DNA from: Legionellaceae bacterium
GTDB lineage: Bacteria > Pseudomonadota > Gammaproteobacteria > CBCSKA01
Assembly (NCBI GenBank): GCA_965140885.1
Contig: CBCSKA010000135.1
Span: forward strand, 1 to 59,958
Direction: 5' to 3'
DNA length: 59,958 nt
The notes under the pieces are model-generated. The model was not told where the DNA came from. It worked only from the letters and a program-made list of their open reading frames with translations, and searched no databases. Positions 30,085 to 39,577 of the stretch are shown one piece after another. The translations under genes and the position numbers were made by a program. Each line of letters starts with the position of its first letter. Position 1 is the stretch's first letter.

Positions 30085-31449
30085 ATGTATAACCAGAGAA
30101 AATATTTCGGTACTGATGGCATTCGTGGAAGAGTTGGCGAAGCACCTATTAATGCAGAATTTGTGCTTAAGTTAGGTTGGGCTGTTGGTCAAGTTTTAGT
30201 TGCGCGAGAAGGAAGGGGTAAAGTATTAATCGGTAAAGATACGCGTATTTCAGGTTATATGTTTGAATCAGCTTTAGAGGCAGGTTTATCTGCTGCAGGG
30301 GTCGATATTCATTTATTAGGGCCTATGCCTACCCCTGCCATTGCTTATTTAACGCGTACGTTACGTGCCCAAGCCGGTATTGTGATTAGCGCTTCACATA
30401 ATCCTTATTATGATAATGGGATTAAATTTTTTTCTGAACAAGGCAGTAAATTACCCGAAGAAGTTGAAATGGCTATTGAAGAACAATTGAATAAGCCTAT
30501 GGTTACTGTTGATTCTGCTCGATTGGGTAAAGCTTCTCGCGTCGTTGATGCTTCAGGGCGTTATATTGAATTTTGTAAATCAACCGTACCTTCTAACACA
30601 AGCTTAAAAGGAATACGTATTGTTATCGATTGCGCCAATGGTGCAACCTATCATATTGCGCCAGAAGTTTTCAGAGAATTAGGTGCAGACGTTATCGAAA
30701 TAAATACGCAACCAGATGGATTCAATATTAATGATGGATGTGGTTCTACCAATCCGGAAATTTTACAAAAACGGGTTTGTTCTGAAAAGGCAGATATTGG
30801 AATAGCCATGGATGGGGATGGAGATAGACTCATCATGGTTGATCATAAAGGTGAAATTTTAGATGGGGATGAATTACTTTATATTATTGCCAAAAATCGT
30901 TTAACTAATGGTAATCATACTTATGCAAAAGGTGTCGTTGGCACAGTAATGAGTAATTTAGGTTTAGAATTAGCCTTAAAAGAATTAGGTATCCAATTTG
31001 CGCGAGCTAAAGTGGGTGACAGGCATGTGATGATGGAGTTAAAACGTAAAGATTGGTTTTTAGGTGGAGAATCTTCTGGGCATATTATATGGTTGGGTGC
31101 AACCACAACAGGAGATGGCATTGTTGCTGCATTACAAGTTATTTCGGCAATGTTTTCAGCAGAAAAGAGTTTGCACGAACTGAAGCAAGGGATGCATAAA
31201 TTTCCGCAAGCGATTATTAATGTAAAATGTGAAAAGAAATTATCTAATGTTTATGTTTTAGAGAAAACCCAAATTGTCGATGCTGTCAAAGATGTTGAAG
31301 ATGCATTAGCGGGTAAGGGACGGGTCTTACTTCGACCGTCAGGAACAGAACCTTTAATTCGTGTTATGGTTGAAGGTGAAGATAAAGATTTTGTACATAA
31401 TTTAGCAAAGCAACTTGCGGATGTTATAGATACTGTAATTGTTGAATAA
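30085..31449 (+). CDS. glmM: Phosphoglucosamine mutase
   Basis: 454 aa. Active-site [15 protein letters not shown], metal loop DGDGDR. Confidence 0.95.
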   Translation: MYNQRKYFGTDGIRGRVGEAPINAEFVLKLGWAVGQVLVAREGRGKVLIGKDTRISGYMFESALEAGLSAAGVDIHLLGPMPTPAIAYLTRTLRAQAGIVISASHNPYYDNGIKFFSEQGSKLPEEVEMAIEEQLNKPMVTVDSARLGKASRVVDASGRYIEFCKSTVPSNTSLKGIRIVIDCANGATYHIAPEVFRELGADVIEINTQPDGFNINDGCGSTNPEILQKRVCSEKADIGIAMDGDGDRLIMVDHKGEILDGDELLYIIAKNRLTNGNHTYAKGVVGTVMSNLGLELALKELGIQFARAKVGDRHVMMELKRKDWFLGGESSGHIIWLGATTTGDGIVAALQVISAMFSAEKSLHELKQGMHKFPQAIINVKCEKKLSNVYVLEKTQIVDAVKDVEDALAGKGRVLLRPSGTEPLIRVMVEGEDKDFVHNLAKQLADVIDTVIVE

Positions 31450-31468
31450 TGGTTTGGATATATAATTA

Positions 31469-32365
31469 ATGACAGTAGAATATGACGTGCTTCAACGTTT
31501 TTTATTTAATGAATCTTCTGTAAGAGGAGTATTTGTTCGTTTAAATCAGAGTTATCAAACGATTATCAATCAACATGCCTATCCACAAATAGCCGCTGAA
31601 TGGTTAGGTGAAGCAACGGTTGCCTCTGTCTTATTAAGTGCCGGTATTAAATATCAAGGACAATTAATTTTACAAGTTCAATCATCAGGTACCTTAAAAG
31701 TATTGGTCGCGCAATGCACGAATAATAACCATATTCGAGGAATGGTTAAATGGGATACTGAAGCTTCTTTGCCTTCTAATTTTACTGATGCGATAGACCA
31801 GGGTTTGCTAGTGATTACAGTACAAACCGATAACGGGCAGCGTTACCAAGGCTATGTAGAATTAGCTAATAAAACACTTGCTGTTGGGTTAATAGATTAT
31901 TTTTACCAATCAGAGCAAATCCCCACCTTTTTAATATTAGCGGCAAATGATAAAACGGCGGCAGGTTTTTTATTGCAAAAGTTACCATCAGCATTAACTG
32001 ATACTCTATATGATGATTTTTGGGAGTATGTCGTTAAATTAGCAGAGACTTTGACAAAAGATGAATTATTAAACTTATCGAATCAAACTATTTTATATCG
32101 CTTATTTCATGAAATAGATATTACCCTATTTGATGGGGAATCCGTTAGTTTTGGTTGTTCTTGTTCTATTGCTAGAAGCGAGAAAATATTACAAACAATG
32201 TCTTATGACGAAGCTCAAGCAATACTTAAAGAATCATTGCTAGAAAATCCGGTTATTAAAGTGACTTGTGAATTTTGTAATCGGTCGTATGAATTTGATC
32301 CCGTCGATGTTGCTCGTATTTTTAGTGAAAATAGTCACTTATCTTCAACTACTCGTACTACGTAA
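31469..32365 (+). CDS. hslO: Redox-regulated chaperone Hsp33
   Basis: 298 aa. C-terminal zinc centre CSCS ... CEFC. Confidence 0.9.
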   Translation: MTVEYDVLQRFLFNESSVRGVFVRLNQSYQTIINQHAYPQIAAEWLGEATVASVLLSAGIKYQGQLILQVQSSGTLKVLVAQCTNNNHIRGMVKWDTEASLPSNFTDAIDQGLLVITVQTDNGQRYQGYVELANKTLAVGLIDYFYQSEQIPTFLILAANDKTAAGFLLQKLPSALTDTLYDDFWEYVVKLAETLTKDELLNLSNQTILYRLFHEIDITLFDGESVSFGCSCSIARSEKILQTMSYDEAQAILKESLLENPVIKVTCEFCNRSYEFDPVDVARIFSENSHLSSTTRTT

Positions 32366-32527
32366 ATTATTGTTTTATTCAAGAAATGGGTATTTTAATT
32401 AAATAGCCCTCTAGTGGAAGCCCTAGGAAAGCCCATTACTAACCCGTATTTACCAGAAGGCATTTAGCTACTATAAGTTTATTAATAAGATTTTTACTTA
32501 TTCACTATCTGAAAAGGAAATAAACTT

Positions 32528-33850
32528 ATGCCGCATGCTTTAGTTATTTTTCCGACGAATTCCAGAGAATTAAATCCAATTGTTGAAACTATTGAAAATA
32601 CAGGATTTACCGTAAGTATTGCCAGTAGTTTTTTTGCCGCTAAACAATTAACACAAGGTTTAATCCCTTCTATTGTATTTGCAGAAGCTAATTTAGGTGA
32701 AAGAAATGATGTTAGGTTATTAAATGAAGAGCCTTGGACACAATCAGTTCCTTTTGTTTTTATCGGTGATAAAAAAACATCAGAAAATGAATATACAATA
32801 TTTAATTCTCCCATAAAAGATTTTCTCTGTTCACCCATTGACCCGATTTATTTAAAAAATTTATTAATTGATTTGAAAAGTAATAAAGGAAGTCACGTGA
32901 AAGAAGAAAAAATAAAACAACAAAGTATTTCTCATTTAAAGTGTTATGGTTTACATCTTGTCGGCCAATCCCCTGTAATGAATAAGATTTATAGTTATAT
33001 CGAGCGAGTAGCACCAACTATGGCCACAGTATTGATATCAGGCCCTAGTGGTTCAGGCAAAGAATTAGTGGCAAAAACTATACATGAAAAAAGTACACGT
33101 GCCAAAGGGCCTTATATTGCTATTAATTGTGGGGCAATTCCTAAAGATTTAATTAGTAGTGCATTATTTGGGCATGAAAAAGGGAGTTTTACAGGGGCGT
33201 TACAAGCCCATCAAGGATATTTTGAACAAGCATCTGGTGGTACTATTTTTCTTGATGAAGTGACTGAAACTCTGCCTGATTTACAAATACGGTTACTACG
33301 TGTATTAGAAACAGGTAAAGTAATTCCTGTGGGGGGAAAACGACAAATTAGCGTTGATGTTAGGGTTATTGCTGCGACAAATCGAGATCCCTCTGATGCA
33401 ATAAAAGAAAATATTTTAAGAGAAGATATTTATTATCGATTAAATACATTTCCTCTATCTTTACCCCCGCTTTGTCAGCGCGCAGAAGATATTGAATTAT
33501 TAGTGAAATACTTTTTGGAAAAATTGAATAAAACGTACAAACGAAATATAGAAATAAATTCAAAAGCAATGGAGCGTTTAGAGAAATATGTTTGGCCAGG
33601 AAATGTACGAGAATTAAATAATGTGGTGCAACGCGCTTATATTTTATCTGATTCCATCATTAATGATGAGCATATTATCTTTGATAACTATGAAGGCGCA
33701 CAGCAACAATTAAAAGTAACGATAGGGAGTTCAATCAAAGAAGTTAAAACACAATTCATTAAAGCAACCTATGATTATTTTTCTCACGATATTCAAAAAA
33801 CAGCTGATACCCTACAAATGACTATCACTGAAGTAAGAAAATATATATAA
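32528..33850 (+). CDS. Sigma-54-dependent transcriptional activator with degenerate N-terminal receiver-like domain
   Basis: 440 aa. AAA+ Walker A GPSGSGKE, sigma-54 contact loop GSFTGA, ALFGHEKG, C-terminal Fis-type HTH. The N-terminal ~120 aa is receiver-like but lacks the acidic pocket and phospho-Asp (IVFAEANL). Confidence 0.85.
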   Translation: MPHALVIFPTNSRELNPIVETIENTGFTVSIASSFFAAKQLTQGLIPSIVFAEANLGERNDVRLLNEEPWTQSVPFVFIGDKKTSENEYTIFNSPIKDFLCSPIDPIYLKNLLIDLKSNKGSHVKEEKIKQQSISHLKCYGLHLVGQSPVMNKIYSYIERVAPTMATVLISGPSGSGKELVAKTIHEKSTRAKGPYIAINCGAIPKDLISSALFGHEKGSFTGALQAHQGYFEQASGGTIFLDEVTETLPDLQIRLLRVLETGKVIPVGGKRQISVDVRVIAATNRDPSDAIKENILREDIYYRLNTFPLSLPPLCQRAEDIELLVKYFLEKLNKTYKRNIEINSKAMERLEKYVWPGNVRELNNVVQRAYILSDSIINDEHIIFDNYEGAQQQLKVTIGSSIKEVKTQFIKATYDYFSHDIQKTADTLQMTITEVRKYI

Positions 33851-33968
33851 ATTTATTATCTTATTCATCTGAAAACTTGCTAGGTTGTTAAAAAACAAGT
33901 ATTTTATTCTAAAACAGTAACAATTTAGTTCATAAGATTGGGTATAGTAGAATTTATAAAATTGTTAT

Positions 33969-34240
33969 TTCATTCGCTGTCGGCCAAGGAAGCGACGAAG
34001 GAGCGAGGCCGATAGTCCCTGGTAGACCGTAGTACCGGATGTTTTGCCGAAGGCAAAATATAAGGTCCACAACACGGTCGACAAGTCATTTGTGGAAGTG
34101 AAGTTATGACACCTAGTCGTGTCATAACGAGCGTACGCAGGACGGCCAGGGCTGCCGCAGGCATACTTGTCGACAATTTTTGTCCCTTTTGGGGACTTGG
34201 ATGTCCCAAAAGGGGCCTCAAAAATGGCGACACTATCGTA
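33969..34240. repeat. 272-bp G+C-rich helix-dense element, copy B
   Basis: Same orientation as 13471-13742, with 7 substitutions and no indels. Intergenic: 118 nt after the activator stop and 156 nt before the mutT start. Confidence 0.85.
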
Positions 34241-34396
34241 TTTTCTTTTTTGTAAGACTATAAAAGTGTTTACAAATTTTAGTTATAGAAAATGAATCAG
34301 TTTAGTAACATGATTCTATCCCAAAATCTTCCTAGCAATTAACCCTATATCTTAAATATAATACAGTATGGCAAATAGCATAAAGAGAGAAATTAC

Positions 34397-34786
34397 ATGA
34401 AGATTCTCAATGTTTCTATTGGTATTATTTTTAATGAAAAGAATGAAATATTAGTTGCTTTACGAGCTGCTAATGCAGATTGGGGAGGCTATTGGGAATT
34501 TCCCGGTGGAAAAATAGAAGAAGGAGAAACCAGTGAAAAGGCATTGATACGCGAATTATTTGAAGAATTAGATATAGAAGTGATTACCTTGTCTCCATTC
34601 CTAGTCGTTGAACATGATTATCAAAAGCATAAAATTTTACTACATGTATTTAAAGTGATTGATTTTTTGCGACAACCGATTGGTAAAGAAGGGCAAGAAT
34701 TACGGTGGGTTATGTTAGATGAATTACCGTCGTTGAAATTTCCTTCCGGAAATCAAATTATTTTACAGGCTTTAGAAACATGTTGA
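34397..34786 (+). CDS. mutT: Nudix hydrolase (MutT-like 8-oxo-dGTP diphosphatase)
   Basis: 129 aa. Nudix box GGKIEEGETSEKALIRELFEELDI. Confidence 0.8.
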   Translation: MKILNVSIGIIFNEKNEILVALRAANADWGGYWEFPGGKIEEGETSEKALIRELFEELDIEVITLSPFLVVEHDYQKHKILLHVFKVIDFLRQPIGKEGQELRWVMLDELPSLKFPSGNQIILQALETC

Positions 34787-36051
34787 AAAAATTAATCAGT
34801 GGAATTTTACTATTAATATCAGTAAAAATTTATGCGCAAGAATATAAAACTTTTGAATATGCATGGATACAATTAGGTAGTGAAGGTGAAATAAGTGCCC
34901 GGCTTATTACAAAAAAAACATCCTGTCCCTTGATAACACTCGATAATAAAAAAAAGCCAATGTCACTAAGAGGTTATTATAATCATTCATTTCCTGTTAA
35001 TGTTTGTGAAGCAATAATTCCTAAAACCGTGAAAAAAGTTACTGTCGACAATCAAGTTTTAGTTTTACCGAAAAAAAATCCGACACGTTTAGTCATAGTG
35101 GGAGATACAGGATGTCGAATTAAATATTCGAACATACAAAATTGTTCTGATCCTGCAAAATGGCCATTCGCAAAAATTATACAAAAAGCGGATGAATTTA
35201 AACCTGATTTAGTTATACATTTAGGTGATTACTATTATCGTGAAACACCTTGTTTAAATAATAAAAATTGTCTCAATTCACCTTATGGAAATCATTGGCA
35301 AACGTGGAAAGCTGATTTTTTTCAACCCACTAAACCTTTATTACAACATGCACCTTGGGTATTTGTGCGAGGTAATCACGAAAATTGTGATCGGGGTGGG
35401 AAAGGATGGTTTCGTTTTTTAGCTAATGGACCTTATCATGATAAATGTGAAATCCATTCACCACCGTTTATTATCCCTTTAGGTAATGAACAATTATTTA
35501 TTATGGATAGTTCGGCTGCAAGTGATATTTCAATATTAAAATCACAAGTGAAGTTTTTGAAACCCGATTTTGAATTACTCAATAAGCAAACAAAACCTAC
35601 TTGGCTAATCAGTCATAAACCATTTTGGGGAGTGGGGCTTTTTCAAATAAAAGATATTCATTTAGATAAATTTTTTGTAACCAGTTTACAGCGAGCGTCT
35701 AATAATGAATTTAAATCTAATGTCAAAATGATTTTATCAGGACATGTCCATCTTTTTCAAACCTTAAATATTCAAGGCCAACCTGTTCAAGTGATAGCAG
35801 GGAATGGCGGTTCTCGTTTACAAACCGTTAATTATTCGAATTTAAGTGGGATTAAATTGAATAAAATGAAGGTAGATTCGGGTATTAATATTGTTGAATT
35901 TGGATATTTAACCTTAGAAAAATCACATCATGTTTGGAAAGGATTCATGAGAAATAAAGAAGGTAAAATCTTAGCGCAATGTCAATTAATCGATCAGAAA
36001 TTCATTTGTGATAAAAAAAATATAGAAAATCATACTGCGAAAAAGGGTTAA
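34780..36051 (+). CDS. Secreted calcineurin-like metallophosphoesterase
   Basis: 423 aa. Signal peptide MLKKLISGILLLISVKIYA. Motifs VGDTGC, LGDYYYR, RGNHENC, SGHVH. The start overlaps the mutT stop by 7 nt. Confidence 0.75.
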   Translation: MLKKLISGILLLISVKIYAQEYKTFEYAWIQLGSEGEISARLITKKTSCPLITLDNKKKPMSLRGYYNHSFPVNVCEAIIPKTVKKVTVDNQVLVLPKKNPTRLVIVGDTGCRIKYSNIQNCSDPAKWPFAKIIQKADEFKPDLVIHLGDYYYRETPCLNNKNCLNSPYGNHWQTWKADFFQPTKPLLQHAPWVFVRGNHENCDRGGKGWFRFLANGPYHDKCEIHSPPFIIPLGNEQLFIMDSSAASDISILKSQVKFLKPDFELLNKQTKPTWLISHKPFWGVGLFQIKDIHLDKFFVTSLQRASNNEFKSNVKMILSGHVHLFQTLNIQGQPVQVIAGNGGSRLQTVNYSNLSGIKLNKMKVDSGINIVEFGYLTLEKSHHVWKGFMRNKEGKILAQCQLIDQKFICDKKNIENHTAKKG

Positions 36052-36058
36052 AATACTC

Positions 36059-36829
36059 ATGATACGAAAAGGCGCTAAGCGTATTTCTGATATTCCTCTT
36101 GAAATTTTAAATCAATTAAATCAAGGTACACTAGAAACAGTTAATTTAATGGAATGTTTAGCGATTGATTTTAAACTACTCTTAAGTCATTGCTTCCCTT
36201 CACTATCAAATGAATTATTAGAAAAAGTAAATGTCAATGCCAAGCAAACATGGTTGGCTAAAATGCGATTAGCAAGTGAAATTCTTTACCAAAATTATGG
36301 GGAAGAAATAATAGAAACATTACTCATTCATCCTTCTGATACGTTGCGAGGTTTAGTTGCCCCTATTATTGCATTGATTCCTAATTTATCATTAGAGGAA
36401 TGTTTAACACGGATAAAACCATTAGCTAATGATAGGCATTTTGGTGTTAGAGAAGCTGCATGGTTATTTATTCGCCAAATTATTAGTGCTGATATAGTGA
36501 AAGCAATGGATTTATTTCAAGATTGGGTTAATGATTCTTCGGAAAATATTCGACGCTTTGCTATTGAATCTACACGTCCTCGTGGAGTTTGGTGTAATCA
36601 TATTGCCGTCTTAAAGGAATCTCCCGAATTAGGTATATCTTTATTAACACCATTACATGCGGATTCTTCACGTTATGTGCAAAATTCTGTTGCAAATTGG
36701 TTAAATGATGCGGCGAAATCAAAACCTGATTGGGTAAAAAATGTATGTATGGAATGGCAACAATTAAATGCGTCTAAAGCTACCGAATATATATGTAAAC
36801 GGGCTTTACGAAATTGCAAAACCCTGTGA
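36059..36829 (+). CDS. HEAT-repeat DNA alkylation repair-like protein (COG4335-type)
   Basis: 256 aa. IRRFAIESTRPRGVW ... YVQNSVANWLNDAAKSKPDWV resembles the 'DNA alkylation repair enzyme' family as I recall it. Confidence 0.6.
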   Translation: MIRKGAKRISDIPLEILNQLNQGTLETVNLMECLAIDFKLLLSHCFPSLSNELLEKVNVNAKQTWLAKMRLASEILYQNYGEEIIETLLIHPSDTLRGLVAPIIALIPNLSLEECLTRIKPLANDRHFGVREAAWLFIRQIISADIVKAMDLFQDWVNDSSENIRRFAIESTRPRGVWCNHIAVLKESPELGISLLTPLHADSSRYVQNSVANWLNDAAKSKPDWVKNVCMEWQQLNASKATEYICKRALRNCKTL

Positions 36830-36861
36830 AGGGATATAACAAAGTAACATCTTGTTTAAAT

Positions 36862-36891
36862 AAAAAAGGGAAAGTGTTTATTCCCTTTTTT
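36862..36891. terminator. Bidirectional terminator between convergent genes
   Basis: aaaaaagggaa-agtgttta-ttcccttttttat. Confidence 0.75.
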
Positions 36892-36911
36892 ATTTTTAAA
36901 GTGAAATAATA

Positions 36912-37367
36912 TTATTGTGTTTTCCATGACCCATCAGCTTGACGGCATGCAGTACCATAGACTTGTTGTTTTTTATTACCTATTAAAGCGCTTGTAATAT
37001 ATTCGCGACAAGGTTGGCCATTATCTTGTCGATACGTTTTTTCTGGTTTAACAGTATAGGTATAGCCTGTATCTGGGTTTTGCCAAGTAGAAGCTTGATT
37101 CGTTGGATTTCTTTCTAAGATGGTATTAACTTTTGATCTATCCGTATCATCCATAGATTTTCCTACAGTGCCACCAATATATCCACCAATAATAGCGCCA
37201 CCGATAGTTGCAGCAACAGCGCCTGAACCTTGGCCAAATTGGCTACCAAGTAAGCCACCAATTATTGCACCACCCGCAGTTCCCATATTTTGATTAGATA
37301 CACCAGAACAAGCAACTAAATTCAGTGTAATACTGGTTACTAAAAAAAGACTGGCTAATTTTTTCAT
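36912..37367 (-). CDS. Glycine-zipper outer-membrane lipoprotein (17-kDa surface-antigen-like)
   Basis: The ORF opens at 37382. The second ATG (37367) gives MKKLASLFLV...LVAC lipobox. Glycine zipper GGAIIGGLLG...GGAIIGGYIGG. The C-terminus has two Cys (PCREY...GTACRQ). Confidence 0.72.
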   Translation of the reverse strand: MKKLASLFLVTSITLNLVACSGVSNQNMGTAGGAIIGGLLGSQFGQGSGAVAATIGGAIIGGYIGGTVGKSMDDTDRSKVNTILERNPTNQASTWQNPDTGYTYTVKPEKTYRQDNGQPCREYITSALIGNKKQQVYGTACRQADGSWKTQ

Positions 37368-37479
37368 ATTAAAATCTCTCATTCTTATGCTACAGTAAAT
37401 TCATTTTACAAATATTTGTTGTATAAATAAATAATAATAGCGTATTTACGGAATATTGCTTTTACAAATCGTCATTATT

Positions 37480-38868
37480 TTATCCATAATTATTCGGTTG
37501 AAAATTTTCAAAACGGGTATATTTCCCTAAAAAGGTTAAACGAGTTTTGCCAATTGGCCCGTTACGCTGTTTTGCAATAATAATTTCAGCGGTTCCCTTT
37601 TCTTGACTATCGGGATTATAAACTTCATCTCGATAAATAAAGACAATTAAATCAGCATCTTGTTCTATAGCACCTGACTCTCGTAAATCAGACATGACAG
37701 GGCGTTTATCTGAACGTTGTTCTAAGCTGCGGTTCAACTGTGATAATGCAATGACAGGAACATGTAAATCTTTTGCTAGCATTTTTAAGGCTCGAGAAAT
37801 TTCTGAAATTTCTGCTGTGCGGTTTTCTCGTAAACCGGGTATTTGCATTAATTGTAAGTAGTCAATGACGATTAAGCCTAATTGTCCATGTTCTTTGGCT
37901 AAACGTCTGGCGCGTGCTGATAATTCAGCAGGAGACAAAGCGGGTGTGTCATCAATAAACATTTTTGCTTCTGAAAGCATTGTGACGGCAGAAACTAAAC
38001 GCGGCCAATCTTCTTCTGCTAATTTACCCGTTCTTATTTTGTTTTGATCAATTCGTCCTAAAGAAGATATCATCCGCATGGCAAGCGAAGAACCCGGCAT
38101 TTCCATACTGAATACTAAAACGGGTTGTGTTCCTTTAATGGCGGCATGCTCAGCAATATTCATGGCAAATGTTGTTTTACCCATGGAAGGGCGACCCGCA
38201 ATAATAATTAAATCGGAATCTTGTAAACCGGAGGTCATGTCATCTAATTCAAAATAACCTGTTGGTAAACCAGTGATGGTATCTTTCGCATTTTTTAAGG
38301 CATCAATTTTATCAATAGCTTCTGTTAATAATTGTTTAATTTCAACAGGACCACCTCCACGAGCCGTTTGTTCTGCTATAGCAAAAACTTTGCGCTCAGC
38401 TTCTTCTAATAATTCAATGCTTGAACGTCCTTGGCTTTCATAAGAATTTTGTGCAATTTCTTGCGCAACAGCAATTAATTGTCTTAATACCGAACGTTCC
38501 CGGACAATATTTGCATAGGCAGTAATATTCGTAATCGAGGGTGTATTTTTCGAAAGTTCAAAAAGATAAAATTCACCCCCAATTTGATCGAGTAAATTAT
38601 TTTTTTTTAATTCTTCAGTGAGGGTAAGAATATCTATAGGTTGACTCTTTTTAATTAAAGACGTCATTACCCGAAAAATAAGTTGATGTGCAGGCCGATA
38701 AAAATCTATTTCTTGTACACATTCAATGGTTCTATCCCAAACCGTATTATCAATGAGAATAGCCCCTATTACGGATTGTTCTGCTTCAATAGAGTGCGGA
38801 AGAATTTTATATCCAGCAAGGGATAAATCGACTGTTTTTTGATGAGGATTATTGGAAAATATTGCCAT
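37480..38868 (-). CDS. dnaB: Replicative DNA helicase DnaB (no intein)
   Basis: 462 aa. Walker A GRPSMGKT, RecA-like C-terminal domain, continuous with no insertion. Confidence 0.96.
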   Translation of the reverse strand: MAIFSNNPHQKTVDLSLAGYKILPHSIEAEQSVIGAILIDNTVWDRTIECVQEIDFYRPAHQLIFRVMTSLIKKSQPIDILTLTEELKKNNLLDQIGGEFYLFELSKNTPSITNITAYANIVRERSVLRQLIAVAQEIAQNSYESQGRSSIELLEEAERKVFAIAEQTARGGGPVEIKQLLTEAIDKIDALKNAKDTITGLPTGYFELDDMTSGLQDSDLIIIAGRPSMGKTTFAMNIAEHAAIKGTQPVLVFSMEMPGSSLAMRMISSLGRIDQNKIRTGKLAEEDWPRLVSAVTMLSEAKMFIDDTPALSPAELSARARRLAKEHGQLGLIVIDYLQLMQIPGLRENRTAEISEISRALKMLAKDLHVPVIALSQLNRSLEQRSDKRPVMSDLRESGAIEQDADLIVFIYRDEVYNPDSQEKGTAEIIIAKQRNGPIGKTRLTFLGKYTRFENFQPNNYG

Positions 38869-38977
38869 GATAGTTATCGCTATTAATGTGTTAGCTACAA
38901 ATTATTTAATTATTTTCCTTACTCACGAAGTATCATAATCTCAAATTTATTCAAGTTAGATGGAAAGATTATGTAAC

Positions 38978-39010
38978 ACCGTCTGAGAGTTTTTCTCTCA
39001 AGACGGTTTT
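38978..39010 (+). terminator. Orphan plus-strand-oriented terminator hairpin between two minus-strand genes
   Basis: accgtctgagag-ttttt-ctctcaagacggt followed by tttt on the + strand. On the - strand the stem is followed by gtgttacat, with no U-tract. Confidence 0.5.
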
Positions 39011-39046
39011 CTAGGTTTATTGTTTTGAATAAACGTTTAAAATGAA

Positions 39047-39499
39047 TTAAGCAGATTCAGAAACAATAATAATTTTGACAGTTGCATTTACATCGTTATG
39101 TAAATGTAATGCAATATCAAATTCGCCTGTGTTACGTAAAGGGCCTTCATTTAAACGAACATGATTTTTGCTGATTTCAACACCTGCTGCTGTGACTGCT
39201 TTTGCAATATCTTGAGCGCCGATAGAACCAAATAATTTACCTTCTTCTCCAGCGCGAGCGGGAATAGTCACTGTTAAATTAGCTAATTCAGCCACTTTGT
39301 TTTTAGCCATATTTAAATTCTTTTCAGCAACAGCTTCAAGTTCTGCTCGTTGAGTTTCAAATTTTTGTAGGTTTGCTTTGGTGGCAGGAACAGCTTTTTG
39401 CTGAGGAATTAAAAAGTTTCGTGCAAATCCAGGTTTAACTTTAACGGTTTGTCCGAGTTGTCCCAATTTGCGAAAATTTTCTAATAATATAACTTGCAT
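39047..39499 (-). CDS. rplI: 50S ribosomal protein L9
   Basis: 150 aa. MQVILLENFRKLGQLGQTVKVKPGFARNFLIP. Confidence 0.96.
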   Translation of the reverse strand: MQVILLENFRKLGQLGQTVKVKPGFARNFLIPQQKAVPATKANLQKFETQRAELEAVAEKNLNMAKNKVAELANLTVTIPARAGEEGKLFGSIGAQDIAKAVTAAGVEISKNHVRLNEGPLRNTGEFDIALHLHNDVNATVKIIIVSESA

Positions 39500-39577
39500 T
39501 TTTAATCTCCAAAAAACTTTTTTTAAATAATGTAAAGGTAATAGGTATGAATAGATTTTAATGATGCTAATTTTTAT

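Noticed and set aside
32494-32838. 114-aa minus-strand ORF overlapping the start of the sigma-54 activator
   Set aside because: It is antisense to a gene with clear AAA+/sigma-54 motifs and has no independent support.
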